Positions 28,010-35,951 of a stretch of 64,000 nucleotides of DNA are shown here, one piece after another. Origin of the DNA: Deltaproteobacteria bacterium (lineage in GTDB: Bacteria > Desulfobacterota > Deferrimicrobia > Deferrimicrobiales > Deferrimicrobiaceae). Below the pieces are notes generated by a model. That model did no database searches, was not told where the DNA came from, and saw only the letters and a list, made by a program, of their open reading frames with translations. The DNA is taken from assembly GCA_016219515.1 (NCBI GenBank), contig JACRMU010000140.1:12279-76278 (forward strand). The letters are read 5' to 3'. The position numbers and the translations under genes were made by a program. How positions within the stretch are numbered: the stretch's first letter is position 1; every line of letters starts with the position of its first letter.

Positions 28010-28711
28010 TCACTTGACGGCGATGAGTTCCACTTCGAAGACGATCGTCTCGTTCGGCCCGATGTCGCGGCCGGTTCCCCGCTCTCCATAGGCGAGCTGG
28101 GGAGGAATGAAGATCTGCCACTTCGAGCCCGTGGCCATGAGCTTCAATGCTTCGGTCATGCCGGGGATGACCCCTCCCTTGACCTTGAAGGCCGCGGGCT
28201 GCCCGGCATCGGTGCCGTCGAACTCGGTCCCGTCGATGAGGGTCCCTCGATAGTAGACCTCCACCGTATCGGCGTCCGTCGGCTTCCTGCCGTCACCCGC
28301 CTTGAGGACCTTGTACTGGAGCCCGCTCGGCAGGGCCACCACGCCTTCCTTCTTCTTGTTCTCTTCCAGGAAGGCATCCCCCTTCTTCTTGTTCTCCACT
28401 GCAGCAACCCGGTAGGCCTGCATCAGTTTCTGCCTCAGTTCGGATTGGTAGTCCCGCATGCTTTTACGGAGGTCCTTTTCGTCCACCAGGAGCTTTTTCC
28501 CCGAATGATCGTCCTGGAAGCCCTTCACCAGGAGGTCCAGGTCGACCTCGATCCCCTGTTTCTTGAAATTTTTCGACATGTCGACCCCGATGCCGTAGCT
28601 CACGATCTCCTTCTGCGTCTTGAGGGCCGGCGCCTCACCGGCGCTTGCCTGGCCGCACAGGAGCAGAACCCCAAGGATCCCGATCCATTTCCATATCCTC
28701 TCCGTTTTCAT
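28010..28711 (-). CDS. fkpA: Periplasmic FKBP-type peptidyl-prolyl cis-trans isomerase (FkpA-like: FKBP_N dimerisation + FKBP_C), 233 aa
   Basis: Signal peptide MKTERIWKWIGILGVLLLCGQASA. FKBP_C motifs GLQYKVLKAGDGRKPTDADTVEVYYRGTLIDGTEFD...IPGMTEALKLM...WQIFIPPQLAYGERG. Confidence 0.8.
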   Translation of the reverse strand: MKTERIWKWIGILGVLLLCGQASAGEAPALKTQKEIVSYGIGVDMSKNFKKQGIEVDLDLLVKGFQDDHSGKKLLVDEKDLRKSMRDYQSELRQKLMQAYRVAAVENKKKGDAFLEENKKKEGVVALPSGLQYKVLKAGDGRKPTDADTVEVYYRGTLIDGTEFDGTDAGQPAAFKVKGGVIPGMTEALKLMATGSKWQIFIPPQLAYGERGTGRDIGPNETIVFEVELIAVK

Positions 28712-28769
28712 CGTCTCTCCCTTTCGCATGGAATCGATTTGCCCGGCATCGGCCGTTGCGCGCCCCGGA

Positions 28770-29489
28770 TCACTTGATGGAGAGGAGCTCCACTTCGAGG
28801 ATCAGCGTCTCGTTCGACCCGATCTTGCGGCCCCCTCCCTGCTCTCCGTAGGCAAGATGGGGGGGGATGAAGAGCTGCCACCTGGAGCCCGTGGGCATGA
28901 GCTTCAACGCTTCCCTCCAGCCGGGGATCACGCCCGCGACGCTCAGCGTCGCGGGTTTGCCCCTGGCATAGGAACTGTCGAACTCCTTGCCGTCGATGAG
29001 GGTTCCGCGGTAGTTGCACTCCACGACGTCGGTGTCCGTCGGCTTCCTGCCGTCCCCCGCTTTGAGGATCTTGTATTGGAGCCCGCTCGGCAGGGCCACG
29101 ACGCCTTCCTTCGTCTTGTTCCCGGCCAGGAAGGCCTCCCCGGCTTTTTTGCTCTCTTCCGCCGACTTCTGCGGGGCCGGGGACTGCTTCAGTTTCTGCG
29201 CGGCCTGCTTCCGAACCATCTCGCTTTGGGCCGCATTCCTGATGGCCATGAGTTCCTGTTCGGTCAGGAGAAGCTTCCCGCCGGACAGCCCGTCCTTCAA
29301 TCCCCTGAGCAGGACCTCGACATCGACCTCGATTTCCTGCTGCCTCAGGACCTTCCCCGTGTCCGCGCCGATGGCGTAGCTTAACTTTTCCTTCGGGGTT
29401 TTCAATGCCGGTGCCTCTTCGGCGCCCGCCTGGGTCGTGAGAAGCGCCATCCCCAGGGTTCCGAGAATGGCCATCCGTTTCAGGACCAT
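28770..29489 (-). CDS. fkpA: Second periplasmic FkpA-like FKBP-type PPIase (tandem paralog), 239 aa
   Basis: Start taken at MVLKRMAILGTLGMALLTTQAGA (signal peptide). GLQYKILKAGDGRKPTDTDVVECNYRGTLIDGKEFD...IPGWREALKLM...WQLFIPPHLAYGEQG. About 60% identical to the downstream copy by eye. Confidence 0.8.
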   Translation of the reverse strand: MVLKRMAILGTLGMALLTTQAGAEEAPALKTPKEKLSYAIGADTGKVLRQQEIEVDVEVLLRGLKDGLSGGKLLLTEQELMAIRNAAQSEMVRKQAAQKLKQSPAPQKSAEESKKAGEAFLAGNKTKEGVVALPSGLQYKILKAGDGRKPTDTDVVECNYRGTLIDGKEFDSSYARGKPATLSVAGVIPGWREALKLMPTGSRWQLFIPPHLAYGEQGGGRKIGSNETLILEVELLSIK

Positions 29490-29652
29490 GAGCTCTCCTT
29501 TCCGATCGAGGATGCAGTCGTTGATACGAAACCTCGGGGCGGCCTGGGGCCGCCCCGAGGATAAGGAATGCAACCACCGTTCAGTGTAACCGTGAGTTTC
29601 CGCCGGCGCCAGGGGCCGGCGCCAGGGGTTGCCTGGCGCCGGCGGCCACGAC

Positions 29653-32600
29653 TTACGGAGTGGTCACGAACCTGGTATTCGACCACCCGGAATTGCCGAC
29701 CGCGTTGGTCGCCCGCACGCGGTAGTAGAAGTTGAATGCGCGCGACACGTTCTGGCTGAACGTCGTCACGTTGGCGCCGACGTTGTACGTTGTCGGAGCC
29801 GAGAAGTTCGCGAAAAGGGACCGCTGGACCTGGAAGCCGGTCTCGTTGTTGGCGTTGTCCGTCCAGTTCAGCGTGACGCTGTCCTGGAACAGGTTGCCTG
29901 GGATCCTGACCGCCGATCCCGTCAGGCCGGTAGGCGTCGCAGGCACACGGAAGTTCACCGTGACCGTGTTCGAGGGGAGCGAAGCGCCCGCCGCGTTCAC
30001 GGCCGTCACGTAGTACGCGTACGTGTTCCCGGCAATCCTGCCGCCGTTCGTGAAGGTTGTGACGTTCGGGCCCACCGCGGCGATCTGTGCGAACGCACCG
30101 CCGTTGATGGAGCGCCACACCGCGAAGCCCGTCTCGTTGTTGGAAGCGTCGGTCCAGTTCAACCGGATCTGCGTCGAGGAAAGGATCGTCGCAGCCAGGT
30201 TGGTGGGAGCGGCCGGCGTGGGCGGTATCGTCGTTATGGATGCGATGTTGGAGAACCCGGAGTCGGCGGTCATGGTGGGGAAGCCGACCGAGGGAGCCGG
30301 GTACGTGGCGGTGTCGCCGACCAGGTTGGAGGCGAACACACGGTAGTAGTACGTCGTGTTCGGCGCGACCGCGGTATCGCTGTAGATTGTCACGTTCGCT
30401 CCGACCGTAAACGTGTTCAATCCCGTCGTGAAACCGGCATCCGCCGACCGCTGGATGGTGAAGCCGGTTTCGTTCAGGGAGCCGTCCGTCCAGGCCAGAT
30501 TGACTCTCAGCGGGCTGCCGAGCAAGGTGGCGCCCAGGCCGGAAGGCGCGCTCGGCGGAACCGCGAACGCCACCGAGTGCATCATGTCCATCTCTTCATG
30601 GGCCAGGATGTGGCAATGCCACACGTACTCCCAGCCGAAGTTGACTTCGTGGTTGAGGATTTCGGTGATCCGATTCCCCTGCGGGTCGAACCATCCCGCG
30701 GGCGGCGGCTCGACCAGCGGGACGCCCGGGGGCAACGTCGGATCGATCAGCCGGACGCTGTTGGGCACATCGAACGGAAGCTGGGCGGGGGTGGGAATGA
30801 TCGGCCGCAGCGCGATGACCGTGTGCTCCAGCGGGTTGATCCGGAAGGTGTCCTTCCAGCCGAGCTCGTTGTCGTCGGGCGGCAGCATTGCTCCGTCCCA
30901 GCCGATCCGGTTGATGAGTTGCGCATTGAACAAGTGGGTGTGGATCGTGTGGGTGTCCACGCCGTTGTGGGTGATCTTCCAGATCTGGGTGTTGTTGTCC
31001 GACAGCCCGAGCAGAGAGCCGGACACCGAGCCCTTGATGATTTCGACGGGCGGGCTGGCATAGCCGTAGGGGATGAACTGCCCAAGCCGGGAATTCGTAC
31101 CCTGAAGCTCGAGCCCGAGCATGCCGCTCATCCGTCCGAACTGGGTGTCGTACACGCCTCCCATCTCGTCGTGCAGCGCCTTCGGCTCGAGCGGGAGCGT
31201 GACGGCGGGGAGAAAATTCCCCGCAGGGTCGATCGGCAAGAATGTCTTTGAGAAATCGATTTGCTGCACGTAGGCGAGCCAGGCAACGTTATCGCCCGGG
31301 AAGTTCGTCACGTTGTATGCGGAGTTGTATGCGGCCTGCGGGAAGACGATCGGATCTTGAGACACTTCGAAGACCCCCCTCTTCGTGGCCGTCTTGGCGA
31401 ACACCGACCGGAGGTTCGCAAGAGTGACGTCGGGCGTCGGAGTCGTCACGGCCGTTCCCACCCGGATCTGCATGACGGTGCGGGTGTTGGGACCGTAGCC
31501 CGGCTGCGGCGTGGGGGCGCCGCCCGCGGGGGTCTGATCCGGCGCGCCCGTGAAGTAGTCGTAGGTCGGGATGCCCGCCGGGAAGGCCGCGGGAGCATCG
31601 TTGTAGAGAATGAGCGTTTTTCCGGCGAAGGCGGAGAAGTCAACGACGACATCCGCCCGCTCCGCCGTTCCCAGGAGAAGCGAGTGATCGACGACGTTCC
31701 CGTAATTGAAGGTCGTCGGGTTCAGGTTCCAGGTGACGGGCTGGGCGGGGATCACGGCAGGCACCGGCAGGAAACCGCCTTCGGTGCCGACCTGGATCCA
31801 GTCCGGTCCTTTCGTCAACGGATCGGGAATGCCGCTGGGCCAGTCCGCCGGAATGCCCGTAGTCCCGGCAGCGGAGACCATCTTGACTTCCGTGCAGTCG
31901 CCGAGCGCCACCGGGTTCGCGCCGTCGCACAGCACGGCGCCGGTGGTTCCGAGCGTGGTGGGAGAATTCTTGTCGGCGGCCACATAGAACTGGAGGTTGA
32001 AGAAACGGTCATCGGCGGCGTTCAGGATGCGGAACCGGTAGGCCTTCGGTTCCACTTCCAGGTACGGGTATACGGTGCCGTTGACGACGGGCGTATCCAT
32101 GAACGCCTCGCCCGCCATGGAGGGGTTCGGCGTCCCGGGATTCATCGGAGGTTCCCAGGGTGCGGTGCAGGGACCGCCGATGCCGCAGTCGAAGTAGGGA
32201 TTCGGTACCGGGCCCTGCGCGATGAAGGTCGTAGGCGGCCAGAACCAGGGGCCGTAATGCCACCTGCCGAAGGGGTTCATGCCCGTCATGTCGTACGGAT
32301 TCTGGGCCGGCATGTAGACATGGGGGTACCAGAGGTCGCCGGTGACAGCGGCCGTGATCTTTCCGGTAGCAGGATCTCTCGGCCCGGTTCCCCAGTTCCA
32401 CGTGGGGTCCTCGTTTGCGATCGTCGAGGCGTCGACGAACGTCCGGTCCTGGATGACCAGTGGGATCCCGATATCGGGGAGGACCTTCAGGTTGGTAGGG
32501 TTGACGCCGGAGACGTTGGTGCCGTTGATCATGTCCTGCTCTACCTGGTCGGTCAGCACGTAGCCCGCGGCTTCGCCTGCGTAGACGTTGAGACGCGTGA

Positions 32601-33780
32601 TCCCCATCGCATGGTCGTGGTAGAACATCAACCGGGCGCTCTGCGCGTTGGTGTAGTAAAAGGTCAACGCACCCGGACCGGGATCCGGCATATCGGGAAC
32701 GTTCCGAGCGCTGACGCCCTTCGGATAGGGAGTGGATTCTCCGGCGGGGGTGACCCACTGGTGCGTCGTCCCGTCGCTGATCCAGACGGTGTTGTTGCCG
32801 TGGAGATGGACGGTGGCTCGATTCTGTTTGTACGGTTCACAGGGCATGCCAGGCGTGGGCATCATGGGATCGCAGTCCATGCCCATGGCGTCTTTCGGGC
32901 CCGGCCCGGCCCCCATGACCGTGGGATCCACCGGCAGGAAGAGGTCTCCGCCCGCGCCGGTGGGAAGCAGGTTGTGGAACTTGAGGCGAACCGGCTTGCC
33001 CGGCTGGCCCGGCACGCTCCCCATCGCAACGATGGCGGGCCCCAGGAAATGGGGGTTGTCCACGGCGATGGCCTGCGTGCCATTCGGCATCAGGATCGGA
33101 GTGCCATCGATATTGAACAGGGGAACGTGTTTGCTCACGCCGAAGTTGGCAGGCGTTTCCAGCTGCACGTAGCCCCGATGCTTTGTCGGGGGCAGGTCCG
33201 AATGCATTCTTTCGTTGAATTCGACAAGCGCGATTTCATAGTAGTCGGACGCCGGCGGGTTCGGCCCCGGGAAGCTGACCTGATCCGGAACGGCGACCGG
33301 GATATACTGTCCAAGCAGGTTGGCGCCGGTCGGCCCCAGCCCTGCGACCTTGTCCACGAATTTCCGGATGCCGCCCGTGAGGGGGCCGCCGATCGTCGCT
33401 TCGGCGGTGGCGCCGGCGCCGGTCGCATCCGTGATGTTGACGACGGGCGCGCTATACCCGGTGCCTCCGTTCGTAAGCGTTATGGCGGTGATCGCACCGG
33501 TGGCCGGGTCCACCGTCACTGCGGCGGTTGCGCCGGATCCGCTGCCGTAGAGATCCGCGATGGCGACGACGGGAGCGCTGTACCCGGCGCCCCCGCCCGT
33601 CAGCGTGACGATCGCCACGGAGCCGGTGGGGAGCGGGCTGTAGGCCCAGTTTGGGTACGGTCCGAAGTAATGCGGAACGCCGCCGGGGTCGAGTTGGGCC
33701 CGTGCCGGGCCGACCCCCCAGAAAACGGCGGCGAGCACCAATGTCAAATAGATGAAAATCGAATAGTTCCGCCTGTACAT
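29653..33780 (-). CDS. Giant secreted multicopper oxidase (about 1375 aa) with N-terminal G-rich YSAPVV repeats and three C-terminal fibronectin type-III domains; Geobacter OmpB/OmpC-like
   Basis: Start ATG 33780 after strong SD (AAAGGAGGATGAT). Signal peptide MYRRNYSIFIYLTLVLAAVFWGVGPARA. Copper-ligand motifs HLHGNNTVW (HxH), FYHDHAMGITRLNVYAG (HxH), WHCHILAHEEMDMM (HCHxxxHxxxxM, T1/T3). Three FN3-like repeats each containing (L)xWTDxxxNETGFxxxRS. Confidence 0.8.
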   Translation of the reverse strand: MYRRNYSIFIYLTLVLAAVFWGVGPARAQLDPGGVPHYFGPYPNWAYSPLPTGSVAIVTLTGGGAGYSAPVVAIADLYGSGSGATAAVTVDPATGAITAITLTNGGTGYSAPVVNITDATGAGATAEATIGGPLTGGIRKFVDKVAGLGPTGANLLGQYIPVAVPDQVSFPGPNPPASDYYEIALVEFNERMHSDLPPTKHRGYVQLETPANFGVSKHVPLFNIDGTPILMPNGTQAIAVDNPHFLGPAIVAMGSVPGQPGKPVRLKFHNLLPTGAGGDLFLPVDPTVMGAGPGPKDAMGMDCDPMMPTPGMPCEPYKQNRATVHLHGNNTVWISDGTTHQWVTPAGESTPYPKGVSARNVPDMPDPGPGALTFYYTNAQSARLMFYHDHAMGITRLNVYAGEAAGYVLTDQVEQDMINGTNVSGVNPTNLKVLPDIGIPLVIQDRTFVDASTIANEDPTWNWGTGPRDPATGKITAAVTGDLWYPHVYMPAQNPYDMTGMNPFGRWHYGPWFWPPTTFIAQGPVPNPYFDCGIGGPCTAPWEPPMNPGTPNPSMAGEAFMDTPVVNGTVYPYLEVEPKAYRFRILNAADDRFFNLQFYVAADKNSPTTLGTTGAVLCDGANPVALGDCTEVKMVSAAGTTGIPADWPSGIPDPLTKGPDWIQVGTEGGFLPVPAVIPAQPVTWNLNPTTFNYGNVVDHSLLLGTAERADVVVDFSAFAGKTLILYNDAPAAFPAGIPTYDYFTGAPDQTPAGGAPTPQPGYGPNTRTVMQIRVGTAVTTPTPDVTLANLRSVFAKTATKRGVFEVSQDPIVFPQAAYNSAYNVTNFPGDNVAWLAYVQQIDFSKTFLPIDPAGNFLPAVTLPLEPKALHDEMGGVYDTQFGRMSGMLGLELQGTNSRLGQFIPYGYASPPVEIIKGSVSGSLLGLSDNNTQIWKITHNGVDTHTIHTHLFNAQLINRIGWDGAMLPPDDNELGWKDTFRINPLEHTVIALRPIIPTPAQLPFDVPNSVRLIDPTLPPGVPLVEPPPAGWFDPQGNRITEILNHEVNFGWEYVWHCHILAHEEMDMMHSVAFAVPPSAPSGLGATLLGSPLRVNLAWTDGSLNETGFTIQRSADAGFTTGLNTFTVGANVTIYSDTAVAPNTTYYYRVFASNLVGDTATYPAPSVGFPTMTADSGFSNIASITTIPPTPAAPTNLAATILSSTQIRLNWTDASNNETGFAVWRSINGGAFAQIAAVGPNVTTFTNGGRIAGNTYAYYVTAVNAAGASLPSNTVTVNFRVPATPTGLTGSAVRIPGNLFQDSVTLNWTDNANNETGFQVQRSLFANFSAPTTYNVGANVTTFSQNVSRAFNFYYRVRATNAVGNSGWSNTRFVTTP

Positions 33781-33956
33781 ATCATCCTCCTTTCGTGTGT
33801 GTCCGGTGCGATGTTCCTTTTGGAGTTCCTTCCGACAATCCGCCGTGGCGTTCTTTCCTCGAAATTGTGTCGGTGTCTCTCCATGCGCCCTGTTGTCCAA
33901 GGACACCTCCTTTCTCTCGTTCTTTTCATGGCCGAAGCGGCCCTGTTCTCTTGGGT

Positions 33957-34379
33957 TCATACGTCAGCCTTGGAAAGGCCGTTGTTAACTGCGTCCCCTC
34001 GATCGATCAATCGTTGCAGCGCACTCTCCAGTTCCTCCGCTGAAAACGGTTTCGGGATGAAAGCATCGATGCCTGCCCGCCTCATCTCCTCCGCAAGATC
34101 CGCTTTCGCATAGGCGGTGATCAGGATCGTGACAGGGTGTTTCGACGCCTTCCGGGCCCGTCGAAGGAGGGAGATCCCGTTCTCTCCGGGGAGAAGGTAG
34201 TCGCTGATCACCGCGTCGTAGTCGCCCAGGTTCCCGGTCCGGCAGGCATCCTCGGCGCTCTCGAACGCTTTCACCTGGCACCCTCTTGCCCGAAGGAAGA
34301 GGGCCAGCGATTCGCGCAGCAGCGTGTCGTCCTCGATGATCGCAATCCTTGCCCCTGTCAATGTGCGAGATAAATTCAT
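33957..34379 (-). CDS. Single-domain CheY-like response regulator (receiver only), 140 aa
   Basis: ARIAIIEDDTLLRESLALFLRARGCQVKAFESAEDA...AVISDYLLPGENGISLL...ILITAY (phospho-acceptor Asp and conserved K/T positions). Sits 176 bp upstream of the multicopper oxidase gene on the same strand. Confidence 0.75.
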   Translation of the reverse strand: MNLSRTLTGARIAIIEDDTLLRESLALFLRARGCQVKAFESAEDACRTGNLGDYDAVISDYLLPGENGISLLRRARKASKHPVTILITAYAKADLAEEMRRAGIDAFIPKPFSAEELESALQRLIDRGDAVNNGLSKADV

Positions 34380-34411
34380 CGCGCCCTTTTATGCGGTTTG
34401 CTTTTCCATAC

Positions 34412-34426
34412 GCACGGGACGTGCCA
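34412..34426 (-). promoter_or_regulatory. Sigma-54 (RpoN) -24/-12 promoter upstream of the CheY-like regulator / multicopper oxidase / FkpA gene string
   Basis: Minus-strand sequence TGGCACGTCCCGTGC (consensus TGGCACG-N4-TTGC; only the -13/-12 TT is G/T, GC at -12 conserved). About 34 nt upstream of the ATG at 34379, leaving room for SD AAAAGGG. Immediately downstream of a sigma-54-dependent NtrC-type regulator gene. Confidence 0.6.
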
Positions 34427-34562
34427 ACAGGAAGGACCGGCGAATTCCTCTTTTTTTACGGCAAGAAAGATCAGAGGGGATGCGATTGCCGGCGAAGGAG
34501 AAGAAGGGGTTCTCGAAGAATTTTCACCCGGATCTGGAAGATATTCTATTTTCCCGGGATGG

Positions 34563-35951
34563 TCAGAGGCCGAGTTTTTTCCTGCGGTAGCGGAAGGTGT
34601 GATAGTTGATGTTCAGGAACTGCGCCGCCCGGGTCTCGTTGCCGCCGGCCAGCCGGAGCGCTTCTCCGAAGTAGTGCTTTTCGATCGATTCCTGCACCGA
34701 GGCGAGATCGACCCCTCCCGCCGTCAGCGGAGGCGCCGCGATCCCTCCCGCAAGCCCCGCCGGCCGCGCTCCGGGGCCGGATGGCCCCAGCCGGAGGTCG
34801 GCGGCCACGATCTCCTGCCCCTTGCCCGTAAGGACCGCGCGCTCCACGACGTTGCGCAGCTCCCTCACGTTCCCTTCCCACCCGTGTTCGACCAGCGCCT
34901 TTTCTGCCTCCGGCGAGAAGCCGGCGACGGCCCGGCCGAACTTCCGCGAGAACTCCACGAGGAAGTGGCGGGCGATTGGGAGGATGTCCTCGCGGCGCTC
35001 GGAGAGGGCGGGCACGGCGACCCGCACGACGGCAAGCCGGTAATAGAGGTCCCCGCGGAACGATCCCTTCGCGACGAGGGCATCCAGATCCTTGTTCGTG
35101 GCGGAGACGACCCGCGCGGCGGCGCGGAGCCGCCGCGTCCCCCCGACGCGATAGAACTCCCCGTCCTCCAGGAAGCGGAGGAGCTTCGCCTGGGCCTCCG
35201 CGCCCAGGTCCCCGACCTCGTCGAGGAAGAGCGTCCCGCCGGAGGCCTCCTCCACCAGGCCCTTCTTCCCGGCCTGGCTCGCCCCGGTGAAGGCGCCCTT
35301 CTCGTACCCGAAAAGCTCGCTTTCGATGAGTTGCTTCGGAATGGCGGCGCAGTTGACGCTGACCAGGGGGCCGCGGAAGTTGGGGCTCCGGTAGTGGATT
35401 GCCGCGGCGACAAGCTCCTTCCCCGTTCCCGTCTGCCCGAGGATGAGGACCGGGGTGTCGGGGCTCTTCGCGGCGGATTCGACGAACTCCATGACGTCGC
35501 GGATCGCATGGCTCTCTCCGACGAACAGGGGGACGTTCTCCCGCAGGCACCGCTCCTGCAGCTCGCGCACCTCCTTCTGGAGCCGGATCGTCTCCAGCGC
35601 GTTGCCGATGGTGGTCTCCAGAGTCTCCGTGTGCAGCGGCTTCACCACGTAGTCGAACGCGCCGCCCTTCATCGCCGAGACGACCGTGGAGACATCCTCG
35701 TACGCCGTGATGACGATGGCCAGCACCTCGGGCCGGAGGTCCTTGACCGCCCGGATCCCTTCGATCCCGCTCATCCCCGGAAGCCCGATGTCCATAAGGA
35801 TGAGGTCCGGCGGATCTTTCCCGACGGCCTCCACGGCGGATTCGGCGTCCGCGAAGGTCTCTATCCGGTATCCCGGCTCGAGGGCGATCCGTATCCCTTC
35901 CCTCACGCTTTCCTCGTCGTCCACGATGAAGATCCTGTAGGCGCCTATGAC
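34563..35951 (-). CDS. Sigma-54-dependent Fis-family (NtrC-type) response regulator: receiver + AAA+ sigma-54 activator + HTH, about 462 aa
   Basis: Receiver (YRIFIVDDEESVREG...LILMDIGLPGMSGIEG). AAA+ with GESHAIRDVME, Walker A GQTGTGKE, GAFTGA motif (EKGAFTGASQ), Walker B LFLDEVGDL, R-finger region. C-terminal HTH (RAAQFLNINYHTFRYRRKK). Exact start unclear: no in-frame ATG/GTG near VIGAYRIF, possibly a rare start, and the 5' end overlaps the kinase stop. Confidence 0.8.
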   Translation of the reverse strand, partial: VIGAYRIFIVDDEESVREGIRIALEPGYRIETFADAESAVEAVGKDPPDLILMDIGLPGMSGIEGIRAVKDLRPEVLAIVITAYEDVSTVVSAMKGGAFDYVVKPLHTETLETTIGNALETIRLQKEVRELQERCLRENVPLFVGESHAIRDVMEFVESAAKSPDTPVLILGQTGTGKELVAAAIHYRSPNFRGPLVSVNCAAIPKQLIESELFGYEKGAFTGASQAGKKGLVEEASGGTLFLDEVGDLGAEAQAKLLRFLEDGEFYRVGGTRRLRAAARVVSATNKDLDALVAKGSFRGDLYYRLAVVRVAVPALSERREDILPIARHFLVEFSRKFGRAVAGFSPEAEKALVEHGWEGNVRELRNVVERAVLTGKGQEIVAADLRLGPSGPGARPAGLAGGIAAPPLTAGGVDLASVQESIEKHYFGEALRLAGGNETRAAQFLNINYHTFRYRRKKLGL

